Part shown: positions 28,751 through 37,846 of the stretch, piece after piece
Layout of the letters: every line of letters begins with the position of its first letter
Numbering within the stretch: position 1 is the stretch's first letter
NCBI GenBank assembly: GCA_036336695.1
Contig: JAYZFQ010000084.1
Coordinates: 9,726 to 73,725, forward strand
Direction of reading: 5' to 3'
DNA length: 64,000 nt
Origin: Myxococcota bacterium
Lineage (GTDB): Bacteria > Myxococcota_A > UBA9160 > SMWR01
Notes under the pieces: generated by a model
Told to the model about the DNA's origin: nothing
Database searches by the model: none
Seen by the model: only the letters and a program-made list of their open reading frames with translations
Made by a program: the position numbers and the translations under genes

Positions 28751-29494
28751 GTGGCGCCACCCGTGTCTCTGCTTCCCGTTGACCCGGCGGAATTTTTGGT
28801 TGCGCTCGGGGTGGTGGTGCTCGGTTCTGCTGTCCAGGCGACCGTCGGTTTCGGCCTCGCCCTCATCGCGGCTCCCGTCTTGATGCTGATCCATCCAGCG
28901 TTCGTTCCAGGGCCGCTCATGGCGGCGGCGCTCGTCTTGGTCCTTTTGATGGCGTACCGGGATCACGATGCGATCGACTTTGCCGGACTGGGCTACGCCA
29001 TGGCAGGTCGGGTCGTGGGAACGCTCGCGGCTGGGCTCTTTCTCGCCGTGGCTTCCATCGCGACCTTCAACCTCGTATTCGGGGGGCTGGTGCTGGCTGC
29101 GGCGCTCATCAGCGCTTTCGGTTTTCGCGTCACTCCGGGTCCCAGGAATACGACGATTGCGGGGGCGCTTTCCGGGTTGATGGGAACCATCTCCTCGATT
29201 GGCGGTCCGCCGATGGCGCTCCTCTACCAGGGCGCGGGCACGACCCGTCTCCGGGGAACCCTCGCAGGCTTCTTCATCGCTGGCGGCGCATTCACACTCG
29301 GCGTTCTTGCCGTGGTGGGCCGCTTCGGCTGGGAGGAGTTGCGGCTGGCCGGACTCCTGGCGCCGGCCACGCTGGTGGGGTTCCTGCTCGCGCTACCCCT
29401 GCGCCGGCGGGTGTCCGAAGGCGCGGCGCGGCCCGTCATCATCGTGCTCTCTGCCGCTTGCGGTATCGCCGTATTGTGGCGGACGGTTGCCTAG
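28751..29494 (+). CDS. TauE/SafE family sulfite exporter
   Basis: QATVGFGLALIAAP, SIGGPP; multiple TM helices. Confidence 0.88.
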   Translation: MAPPVSLLPVDPAEFLVALGVVVLGSAVQATVGFGLALIAAPVLMLIHPAFVPGPLMAAALVLVLLMAYRDHDAIDFAGLGYAMAGRVVGTLAAGLFLAVASIATFNLVFGGLVLAAALISAFGFRVTPGPRNTTIAGALSGLMGTISSIGGPPMALLYQGAGTTRLRGTLAGFFIAGGAFTLGVLAVVGRFGWEELRLAGLLAPATLVGFLLALPLRRRVSEGAARPVIIVLSAACGIAVLWRTVA

Positions 29495-29522
29495 CGGAAG
29501 CGTCGGGCCCGGTGGGTGGGCG

Positions 29523-30224
29523 TTACCGGGCGTTGCGAGAACGGCTGCGCCGAAGACCCGCGAGCGCGGTGATGCCCGCCGCGAGGAGCACGCCGGTTCC
29601 CGGTTCTGGAATCGGCACGGCCGCAGAGGCCTCGATGAAGTACGTGCCGAAGATGACCAGGCTCTCGGTTTCGCCGTAGGTTGCGCCATCGATCTGGTTG
29701 AGCGTGACCGAGTTGATTGTGACGGTGGAGGGAGTCGAGGAAACGACCCCCGTAAAGGATTGGACCGGAAAGGAGATGCCGTTCCCCGACGTGGCCGGGT
29801 TGGTTCCGGTCGAATCGGTTGCCCCCCAGCTCCCGTCGACCGTGAGCGGCCCGGCGACACTGGTGTAGTGACTCGGGAGACCCGAGCCCAGCAGGGTGGA
29901 GAAGCTGGCGTCGCCCTCCAAGACGGCGCTTTCTACCGTGATGTTGTCGTAGCCCCCGAAGGGCGTGGTCAGGGCGATCGGAGTCGCAGAGATCGTGACC
30001 CGGATTGCCTCGATGCTGAGCGCCGCCGAGTCCAGGGTGATGCTGTCGCCGGTCAGGGAGACGTTCGGCGCGGAGCCAATCTGGGTTCCATCGGTCAGCT
30101 TGACGACGATATCGACGTACCCGGAATCGATGTCGTAGACCACCGGAACCGCGTTGGCGGTGCCTGCGAGCAGCAATCCGAAGAAAAGGCCCGCCGCGGA
30201 CCTCAACTTGTAGGGCAACGCCAC
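29523..30224 (-). CDS. PEP-CTERM sorting domain protein
   Basis: Signal peptide ending TANA; Ser/Thr-rich body; IPEPGTGVLLAAGITALAGLRRSR C-terminus. Confidence 0.92.
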   Translation of the reverse strand: MALPYKLRSAAGLFFGLLLAGTANAVPVVYDIDSGYVDIVVKLTDGTQIGSAPNVSLTGDSITLDSAALSIEAIRVTISATPIALTTPFGGYDNITVESAVLEGDASFSTLLGSGLPSHYTSVAGPLTVDGSWGATDSTGTNPATSGNGISFPVQSFTGVVSSTPSTVTINSVTLNQIDGATYGETESLVIFGTYFIEASAAVPIPEPGTGVLLAAGITALAGLRRSRSRNAR

Positions 30225-30316
30225 GGAACCCCTTCCGTTTCACGCTCTCGACGGAGAACCGTTGAGAAGACAGCGGCACGAGAGTACTCCAGCGGACCCT
30301 GGAATGTTGAGGTTCT

Positions 30317-30339
30317 TGGGTTTTCGATGAGAAAACCCA
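30317..30339. promoter_or_regulatory. Inverted repeat upstream of the PEP-CTERM gene
   Basis: TGGGTTTTC-GATGA-GAAAACCCA, perfect 9-bp arms. Confidence 0.4.
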
Positions 30340-30484
30340 GGTTGCTTGCCCACCGGATTGCCGCGCTCCGAGCGGTCTCCTCCCGCACTCCATCGCCGAC
30401 CCTCGCGCTTCGGCCGTGGGGATACGTCGCGTACCGGCTCGAGTCCGGGCGTGGGGCGCGGTGCGGTTGTCTGCTGAAACAGGT

Positions 30485-32683
30485 TCACCCGTTCCAAAGA
30501 AGGGTGTTGGACGGACTCGCGTGCGGGGGCGCTGCCGACCCGGATCGAAGCGGAGTGCAGACGCCCGAATCCGAGCGTGGATCAAGGAATTCCGATTCGG
30601 GCCGGAGAATTCGCAGCAGGTCGCTGTAATCGTCGGTCCAGAGCGGGACCCCGATGAGACGCTGTTTGTCAGGCTCCCAAACTTGTGCTGAATCGGCGCA
30701 GGCGAGGGCGGCGATGGCCTCCACCGCGTCGGCGTCCTTGCTGACGATGACCCACCGGGAGGCGTACGAGGCGCCGTGGTCGTCGTTCGTGATGGCCACT
30801 GCGGGAAGGCCGGCGTGCTGTGCCCACTGCAGCACGAGGGAGACCAGGTCCAGGTGGCGCGTCGAGAGGTGGAACGCGATGACCCCATCCACTGCCACGC
30901 GGCGGCGGTAGAGGGCGAAGGCCTCCTGGGTGAGAAGGTGCACCGGTACGGCGTCGCTCGCGAAGGCATCGAGCACGAGCAGATCCAGCGGCGCCTCGTT
31001 GCCACGGGCAAGTTCGGCTTCGATCGAGAGGCGCCCATCGCCGGGCACCACGCGGACATCGGACCGGCTATCCCCCAGGTAGGTGAACCGGCCCGTGTCG
31101 CGCGCGATTCGGATGACATCCGGGTCGATCTCGTAGAAGCGAATGCGGTCGCCGGGCCGTCCGTAGGCCGCCAGGGTTCCGATGCCAAGCCCGACCACTC
31201 CGATGCGTCGGTCCGCCTTCGCCCGGAGTGCGCGCATGACGAAGCCGATCCCGGTCCGGGTGCCGTAGTAGGCCGTCGGTCTGCGCGGGGTGGGGTGGAT
31301 TAGTTGCGCGCCGTGGAGCGTGGTGCCGCTGCTGAGTTCTCGTTGGATGCGGTCCGGGTTCTCCGCCTTCACCTCGGTCACGGTGAGTACGCCGAAGAAG
31401 TTGCGTTCCTGGAGCAGCACGCCCCGTCGGGTTGGAAATGCGGCCCAGCCCGTGCCGAGCGCGAGCAGTGCGGCGCAGACGAGAGCCAGGGAGCGCCACG
31501 TGCGTCTGCGAGGACTCGCCTGCAAGGGTCCGGACCGATCCCGCCAGCAGCAGGCCAGAAAGAGCAGCCAGCACGCGACGAGGCCGATCGGAAGTTCGAA
31601 GTAGTCCGAGAAGAGCAGGGGAGCGGCGAGCCCGACGAAGAGACCGCCCAGCGCGCCCCCTCCGGCGACGCAGAGATAGAAGGTGGTGAGACGCGCCGGC
31701 GCGGGGCGCAGGCGGTAGAGTTCGCCGTGGGCGAGCATGCACCACGAGAACAGTGCGACCGAGTAGAGCGCGATCTTCGCGTCCATCGAACCCGTACTCG
31801 ACCACCAGCCCTGTTCGTCCGACGCGGCCCACACGCCGAGAATGGCGACTGTCGCAGCGGCTGCCAGCGCCGCGACCGCGCCGCGCCGATACGCTCCGTC
31901 CGATGAAAAGCAGACGATGAGCGTCAAGAGATAGAGAGAGAGGGGAAGCACCCAGAGAAACGGGATGCTTGCGATGTCGAGACAGAGTTCGTTGGTAACG
32001 CCGAGGAGCAGCACCACGGCGACGGCGGGCAGGAAGATCCATAGCAGGACGTTCGGGAAACCAGGGGCAGCGGTCGGGGAAGTCGGCGTCGCGGTGGTTG
32101 CGGTGCTGCGTGTTGCCCGCCACGCGCAGAGCAGGAGCGCCAGCCCGCAGGCCGCGAATGCCCACGACCACAGCCGGGACGCCTGGGCGAGGCCCAGTGT
32201 CGGCTCGATGGCGAAGGGAAAGCCGACCAGGGCGACCAGGGACCCGAGGTTGGACGCCGCGTAGAGCGGGTACGGGGAGCGGTTCGGAAAGACTCTCGCG
32301 TACCAGGCCTGCACGAGGGGGCCGCTGGCCGCGAGCAAGAAGAATGGCAGGCCGACGCTGGCGACCAGGGTCAGGAGAATGCGCGAGCGCGGGTCTGCCC
32401 CGGGATCGGGCTGCCAGGACGCGTCGGGGAGCACGGGGAGTGCCAGCAGCGCGGCGACGAGGAGGCCGCCGTGCACGACCGGCTGGAGCCGCGGGGGGGC
32501 GCCCCGGATCAGCAGGTGCGCGTAGGCGTACCCGAGAAAGAGTGTCGATTGGTAGAAGGTGAGACACAGGGTCCACACGCCCGTGCCGCCGCCGAACCAC
32601 GGCAGGATCTGCTTGCCCACCATGGGCTGCACCAGGAAGAGCAGGAACGCACTCGCGAAAATCGACCCGACGAACCACGGCAC
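30485..32683 (-). CDS. Fused membrane / spermidine-synthase-like methyltransferase protein
   Basis: SAFLLFLVQP..GK.ILPWFGG, PYPLYAASNLGS, GTTLHG, VVGLGIGTLAAY, YEIDP, GDGR, LDAFASDAVPVHLLT, WTDDYS. Confidence 0.9.
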   Translation of the reverse strand: MPWFVGSIFASAFLLFLVQPMVGKQILPWFGGGTGVWTLCLTFYQSTLFLGYAYAHLLIRGAPPRLQPVVHGGLLVAALLALPVLPDASWQPDPGADPRSRILLTLVASVGLPFFLLAASGPLVQAWYARVFPNRSPYPLYAASNLGSLVALVGFPFAIEPTLGLAQASRLWSWAFAACGLALLLCAWRATRSTATTATPTSPTAAPGFPNVLLWIFLPAVAVVLLLGVTNELCLDIASIPFLWVLPLSLYLLTLIVCFSSDGAYRRGAVAALAAAATVAILGVWAASDEQGWWSSTGSMDAKIALYSVALFSWCMLAHGELYRLRPAPARLTTFYLCVAGGGALGGLFVGLAAPLLFSDYFELPIGLVACWLLFLACCWRDRSGPLQASPRRRTWRSLALVCAALLALGTGWAAFPTRRGVLLQERNFFGVLTVTEVKAENPDRIQRELSSGTTLHGAQLIHPTPRRPTAYYGTRTGIGFVMRALRAKADRRIGVVGLGIGTLAAYGRPGDRIRFYEIDPDVIRIARDTGRFTYLGDSRSDVRVVPGDGRLSIEAELARGNEAPLDLLVLDAFASDAVPVHLLTQEAFALYRRRVAVDGVIAFHLSTRHLDLVSLVLQWAQHAGLPAVAITNDDHGASYASRWVIVSKDADAVEAIAALACADSAQVWEPDKQRLIGVPLWTDDYSDLLRILRPESEFLDPRSDSGVCTPLRSGSAAPPHASPSNTLLWNG

Positions 32684-32884
32684 GTCGCGGGAGCATAAGC
32701 CATGCGGGCGTTGTCCCGTGTCCGGACAGCGGGCCCCGGTACGAACGGGTGACGGGATTGCCCCCCGCGGGTCGCGCCCCCGGCCTGCCTGTTGTCCCGG
32801 CCGGAATCGTCCGACTGCGAAGGCGTTTGTGCGGTTCCAGCTGTTGTCCCGCGACTTCCCGAACTCTTCTTGAACGTGTGCACG

Positions 32885-32912
32885 GAACTTTTCTGCCGTG
32901 GCCGCGATCGAA
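32885..32912 (+). promoter_or_regulatory. Putative sigmaE/ECF promoter of the LPMO-chitinase gene
   Basis: GAACTT-N17-TCGAA, about 80 nt upstream of ATG 32994. Confidence 0.45.
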
Positions 32913-32993
32913 GGGGGGACCTTTCCGCAGTGCCTTCGATCACAGACTCAACGCCGGTGAGTTGCGACGCTTTGACTGAGCCGAGGAGACATC

Positions 32994-35921
32994 ATGAAGA
33001 GTTCGGACTCGAGACGGCGCCCTTTCGCATACCGTGCGGGGGGCTTCGCGATTCTTGCGATCGGATTGCTCTCGACGCTTGCGGCGGCGCCGCCGGCCGG
33101 TGCGCACGGTTCCCTGGAGCAGCCGCCATCGCGTACGACCGCCTGTCGCTTCCATGACCTCGACAACCCCATGTGTGCCCAGGCCTGGGCGGCCGAGCCC
33201 CAGGCCTTGTACGACTGGATGGAGGTCAACATCGGGGACGCCGCAGGGCGCCATCGCGAACTGATTCCCGATGGTCGGTTGTGTGGCGCGGCGCGGGAGA
33301 AGTACGCGGCGTTCGACCAACCGGGGGATTGGCCGGCCCGGGCGATGGTTCCCGACGCCGACGGGCTCCACACCGTTGAATTCTTTGCCACCGCGCCCCA
33401 TGCCGCGGAGTACTTCCGTTTCTACCTGACCCGCGAGGGTTTCGATCCCCTGGTGGATTCGCCGACCTGGGACGATCTCGAACTGGTGCACGATTCCGGC
33501 CCGGTTCCCTACGTCGATCTCGCGGCGTCGCCTCATTACCCGTTCCGTTTCGCGCTGCCCGGACGGGAAGGCCGGTACGTTCTCTATTTCGTCTGGCAGA
33601 GGAGCGACAGCCCCGAGGCGTTCTACGGCTGCAGCGATGTGCTGCTTGGCGCGTCGGACGGCGCCCCTGTCGACGAAGCTCCCGTTTCCGCGCCGGAGCC
33701 GTCTCCTGAGGCGTCGGAAGGACCCGTTGCTCCTGCGCCGGGGCTGACGGGGGTCGATGTTTCGGTCGGCTTGACGGACGACTGGGGCGGCGGTGCGTGT
33801 GGCGAGGGCGTCGTGACGAACCACGGGACCAACGCCGTCGTCTGGGAAGCGCACGTGGAACTCGGGGGCATGGTCACGACCTACTGGGACTCGGAGATCA
33901 GCCTCTCGACCCATCCGCATGGAGAACACAGCGCGATCGCGCAGAACTGGCGCGTGGTCGGCGCCCCGTGGAACGCGACGCTCCCGGCCGGGGGCGCCAC
34001 GTCCTTCGGGTTCTGCATCGATCGGACGGCCGCTGCGCCGGTTACCGAGCCTTCACCCGATCCGGTGTCGCCCGCCGAGCCCGCCGAGCCCGCCGAGCCC
34101 GCCGACGAGGCGCCGGCTTCGAACGAGGAACCGGCGGTGCCAGCCGTGCCGGAAGACGGGGACGCGGAACCTGCAACCCCGCCGGCAAGTCCCGCAAGCC
34201 CGAGCGAGGCGATCCTCGCCGGTTATTTCCCCGAGTGGGGAATCTACGCGCGGAACTACCGCATCGCCGATGTGCCTGCCGCGGAGTTGACGCACCTGAT
34301 CTATGCCTTCGCGGACCTGGATCCGAACGGGAACGTGACGCTCTTCGATGCGTTCGCCGCGGTCGAGAAACGCTTCCAGGCCGGCGAGTCGGTTGCGGGC
34401 GTGGCCGATGCCACCGATCCCGATGCCGGGATTGCGGGAAACTTCGGGCAGATCGCACTCCTGAAGGCGCGTCATCCGCACCTCCGCGTGAGCATTGCGA
34501 TCGGGGGCTGGACGCTGTCCCGGAACTTCAGTGCCGTTCTTGCGACACCATCGGGCCGAGACCAGGCCAGCGACTCGGTGGTCCAGTTCGTCGAGCGGTA
34601 CGAGATGTTCGACGGCGTCGACTTCGACTGGGAATACCCGGGCGGCGGGGGACTGGCGGAAAACGGCACGAGTGCCGATGACGGTCGGAACTACGCGCTC
34701 TTCCTCGGGCTGGTCCGCGAGAAATTGGACGCCCTGGGCAGCGCGACGGGCCGCCGTTACGAAATTTCGGTCGCCTCTCCGGCGGGGTACGACAAGATCG
34801 CGAACTTCAATCTTGCGGGTCTCGTGGACGTCGTCGATTTCTTCAACGTCATGACGTACGACTTTCACGGCACCTGGGAGAGCGTCACGGGGCACCTGGC
34901 TGCCTTCGAAGCCGACCCGGGCGGCTACGACATTTCGACGACGACCCGCCTGTACCTGGAGGCCGGCGTGCCTCCGGAAAAGATCGTGCTCGGCTCGCCG
35001 CTCTACACCCGAGCCTGGTCCGGCGTGGCCGCCGGAAACGACAGGGGGTATGCAGCGGCCGCTGCAGGGCCGGCCCCCGGGAGTTTCTGGGATCAGCCCG
35101 GCATGTACGACTACAAGGATCTGCTCGGGCGCTTGCGCGCTGCGGACAGCAGCTGGGAACTCTACTGGGACGACGCTTCCCAGGCGGCGTATCTCTACGA
35201 TGCGAGCCAGGGCATCTTCAGTTCCTTCGAGACGCCGACCACGGTGGCCTTGAAGTCGGAGTGGGCCCGTCGTTCCGGCTTTGGCGGGATGATGTTCTGG
35301 GACCTCTCCAGCGATGCCACGGGAGACGCCGAGAGTCTCGTGTCTGCTGCGTACGACTTCTGGAGCGGTGGACGCTCGTTCGAGGCAGTTGCCGCCGGCT
35401 CGCAGCTTGCCTTCGATCACGTGCTGGGCGGCAACGGTCTCGTCGACCCCTTCGGAGATGGGGCAGCCCCTTCGGATCCGCCTGCAGTGGAAGAGCCCGC
35501 AACCGAGGAGACCCCGCCGGAAGCGCCCGCGTCCGCTGAAGCGGAGGTGCCGGAAGCGCCCGAAGACGACCCCGGTGTCCTCGAACGGCTTTCGATCACC
35601 GTCGGAGGCTCCCTGTGGTGGCAGGGCCTGACCGCGCAACTCGCGGTGCGCAACGAGACGGCGGAACCCATCGACGGGTGGAGCTTCGCCTTCCGCAGCT
35701 CGCACCGGGTTTCGGGAGCGCCCTGGGGCGCGGAGATCGTGTCGGTCGACCTCGGCAACGGGTTCTATGAGTACCGGGTCACCGGTACCGGCTGGGCGTC
35801 CGTCATTCCGGCGGGTGGCTCTGTCGAGGTGGGCTTCAACGCGAGCCAGGGGACGCTCATTGGAAACGCGGGCGTGCTGACGGCAGCGCAGCTGTTCGAC
35901 GGGGGGCTGGTCGCCGAATGA
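32994..35921 (+). CDS. Secreted AA10 LPMO - CBM2 - GH18 chitinase - CBM2 fusion
   Basis: Signal AGA|HG places His at the mature N-terminus (33105); PPSR, LCGA, TAPH, WQRSDSPEAFYGCSDV (AA10); GAPWNATLPAGG..SFGF (CBM2); YFPEWGIY, IGGWTLS, FDGVDFDWEYPG, MTYDFHG, GGMMFWD (GH18). Confidence 0.93.
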   Translation: MKSSDSRRRPFAYRAGGFAILAIGLLSTLAAAPPAGAHGSLEQPPSRTTACRFHDLDNPMCAQAWAAEPQALYDWMEVNIGDAAGRHRELIPDGRLCGAAREKYAAFDQPGDWPARAMVPDADGLHTVEFFATAPHAAEYFRFYLTREGFDPLVDSPTWDDLELVHDSGPVPYVDLAASPHYPFRFALPGREGRYVLYFVWQRSDSPEAFYGCSDVLLGASDGAPVDEAPVSAPEPSPEASEGPVAPAPGLTGVDVSVGLTDDWGGGACGEGVVTNHGTNAVVWEAHVELGGMVTTYWDSEISLSTHPHGEHSAIAQNWRVVGAPWNATLPAGGATSFGFCIDRTAAAPVTEPSPDPVSPAEPAEPAEPADEAPASNEEPAVPAVPEDGDAEPATPPASPASPSEAILAGYFPEWGIYARNYRIADVPAAELTHLIYAFADLDPNGNVTLFDAFAAVEKRFQAGESVAGVADATDPDAGIAGNFGQIALLKARHPHLRVSIAIGGWTLSRNFSAVLATPSGRDQASDSVVQFVERYEMFDGVDFDWEYPGGGGLAENGTSADDGRNYALFLGLVREKLDALGSATGRRYEISVASPAGYDKIANFNLAGLVDVVDFFNVMTYDFHGTWESVTGHLAAFEADPGGYDISTTTRLYLEAGVPPEKIVLGSPLYTRAWSGVAAGNDRGYAAAAAGPAPGSFWDQPGMYDYKDLLGRLRAADSSWELYWDDASQAAYLYDASQGIFSSFETPTTVALKSEWARRSGFGGMMFWDLSSDATGDAESLVSAAYDFWSGGRSFEAVAAGSQLAFDHVLGGNGLVDPFGDGAAPSDPPAVEEPATEETPPEAPASAEAEVPEAPEDDPGVLERLSITVGGSLWWQGLTAQLAVRNETAEPIDGWSFAFRSSHRVSGAPWGAEIVSVDLGNGFYEYRVTGTGWASVIPAGGSVEVGFNASQGTLIGNAGVLTAAQLFDGGLVAE
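34071..34106 (+). repeat. 9-bp tandem repeat encoding the PAE-PAE-PAE-PAD linker
   Basis: CCCGCCGAG x3 followed by CCCGCCGAC. Confidence 0.85.
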
Positions 35922-35954
35922 CCCGGCGACGGGTCTTCCCGCCCGCGCTGGCAA

Positions 35955-37178
35955 TCAGGCGGGCGGGAAGGCCCGAGTGGCCTCTTCGACCCGTCGGGGT
36001 AGCGGCGCGCGCAGTCCGTCGCCCATCAGGTCGACGAAGTTGTCGAAGTAGAAACGCTGCTTCTGCGGCTCGGAAAGCTCGGCGATGCTGGCCTCGAAGC
36101 GCTGGATCGGCCGGCGTCCGCCCTCGACGTGCGGGTAGTCCGAGGAAAACAGGCAGACTTCGTCGAACGAGTTGCGGATGGTCCACCCGACGTTCTCCGC
36201 CGGGTAGGGTGTGGCCCGCACCTGCCGCCGTACGTAGTCGCCGGGCCGCAGGGCCAGCTTCTGCAGCCGCTCCTCCCGTTTGCGGAACGCCTCGAACGCC
36301 GACTCCATGAACTGGATCCAACTCGGGATCCAGGAGGCCCCCTGTTCGATCACGCCGAAGCGGAGCTTGGGAAAGCGGTCGAATACGCCGTCGAAGATCA
36401 GCGTGGCGAGCGTCTGCATCGGGGCGGTAGGAATCGCCATGTAGTCCACGGACCGGAAGTTCTCGTCGCCCCCGTGGAAATCCTTCACGGGCGGTCCCCC
36501 GTTCCGGAAGTAGTCGGTGTCGAGGAGCATCCCGTCGGCCAGGCGCTTGCCCCCGCCGACGTGGAAGACGATGGGGATGCCGGCTTCCTGGGCCTGGGCC
36601 CAAACTGGATCCAGGTCCTTGTGGCTGGGCGAATGGCCGCGCGGGCAGCCAGACGCGACGAGCAGGGAATTGACGCCCGCCGCGATCAGTTCCCCGGCCA
36701 TCTCCCGCGCCCGGGCGAAATCGCGCAGCGGGACGTAACCCGAGGAGAGCAGGCGCGGGTCGGCAGAACAGAAATCGAGCATCGAGCGATTGTGGGCGCG
36801 CGCGAAGCCGTACGCGAAATCGAGGTCGTCCCCGCGCTCGGCCTGTTGGAGTTCACCGTTGACGAAGGTATTGAAGACGAGTTGGGATTCGAAGCCGAGC
36901 AGGTCGATCGCGCGTGGGCGGTCTTCCTTCAGAAAGGAACCCGTTGCGGCCCAGTTCTTGCGCTCGAGGATCTTTGCCTCGTCCTCCGCGCGGTAGGCGG
37001 GGTCGGCGTGGCGTGCGCGAAAGCGTTCGATCTGGTCACCCTCGCCCGGCGCGACGCCGCCGATCACGCTTGCCGGGAGTTTTTCCCGGACATCCGGCTC
37101 GGCAAATTCATGGAACCACTGGGGGGTCTCCACGAAATGGGCGTCGGCATCGTGGATGGGGCGATGCGCGTAGGGCAT
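35955..37178 (-). CDS. Amidohydrolase family protein (amidohydro_2)
   Basis: HDADAHFVE, FHVGGG, IEQGASW, FSSDYPHVEGG. Confidence 0.9.
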   Translation of the reverse strand: MPYAHRPIHDADAHFVETPQWFHEFAEPDVREKLPASVIGGVAPGEGDQIERFRARHADPAYRAEDEAKILERKNWAATGSFLKEDRPRAIDLLGFESQLVFNTFVNGELQQAERGDDLDFAYGFARAHNRSMLDFCSADPRLLSSGYVPLRDFARAREMAGELIAAGVNSLLVASGCPRGHSPSHKDLDPVWAQAQEAGIPIVFHVGGGKRLADGMLLDTDYFRNGGPPVKDFHGGDENFRSVDYMAIPTAPMQTLATLIFDGVFDRFPKLRFGVIEQGASWIPSWIQFMESAFEAFRKREERLQKLALRPGDYVRRQVRATPYPAENVGWTIRNSFDEVCLFSSDYPHVEGGRRPIQRFEASIAELSEPQKQRFYFDNFVDLMGDGLRAPLPRRVEEATRAFPPA

Positions 37179-37211
37179 TACGGGGGGTCCGGAATGGGTT
37201 GCCTGCGTCGC

Positions 37212-37757
37212 TTACGGGCCGCCCGGCGTTCCACCCGACAGGGCGACGATGATTGCCGCGAGGCCGAACATCGACAGGACGTAGGCGACGAAGCCGAAGA
37301 TGCAGACCGCGATTGCCCGCCAGGTCGACTCGTAGTCCAGGGCCTGGCGGACGGCGACGACCATGGCCGCGAGCATCCAGAAACTCGCGATCCACAGGAC
37401 GATCCCCCCCAGCATCGGGATGACTCCGAAGACCTGGAGCAGCCCCGGGGAACTCGAGAAGCCGAGGGTGCGCAAGAGTTGCCCGGTATCGGCCTCGGTG
37501 TCCGGTCCGGGGAGAATCCGCGTGCCCACGATGTAGGTCACGAAGGCCCAGACGAACCAGCCGACCAGGGAGCCGAAGGCTCCGCCGATCAATCCGGCGA
37601 AGCCGAGTTCGTCCCAGACCGCGATTCCACCGGCGATGCTGGAAAGGATCACCACGGCGGCGGCCTGGCCCGTGGCGCCGGCGTCGTGCTCGACTTCTTC
37701 GTAGGTTGCGGCGTCGAGCTTTGCCGCCCCCACCATTCTCGCACCGAAGCTTGCCAT
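37212..37757 (-). CDS. YIP1 family membrane protein
   Basis: AAKLDAATYEEVEHD..ATGQA, LLRTLGFSSSPG, AVRQALD. Confidence 0.82.
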   Translation of the reverse strand: MASFGARMVGAAKLDAATYEEVEHDAGATGQAAAVVILSSIAGGIAVWDELGFAGLIGGAFGSLVGWFVWAFVTYIVGTRILPGPDTEADTGQLLRTLGFSSSPGLLQVFGVIPMLGGIVLWIASFWMLAAMVVAVRQALDYESTWRAIAVCIFGFVAYVLSMFGLAAIIVALSGGTPGGP

Positions 37758-37846
37758 GCTGGACCCCCGGAAGGCGGTTTCGGGGACAGGGTGGACTGTT
37801 TTGCGCGGGGAGTCCAGCACCGGGTGCCCCGCTGCTCCCGCCGGCC

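Noticed and set aside
32880-32993. Possible c-di-GMP-I (GEMM) riboswitch before the LPMO-chitinase
   Set aside because: Hairpins are present, but the GGCAAA...GAAA...GACGCAAAG core is absent.
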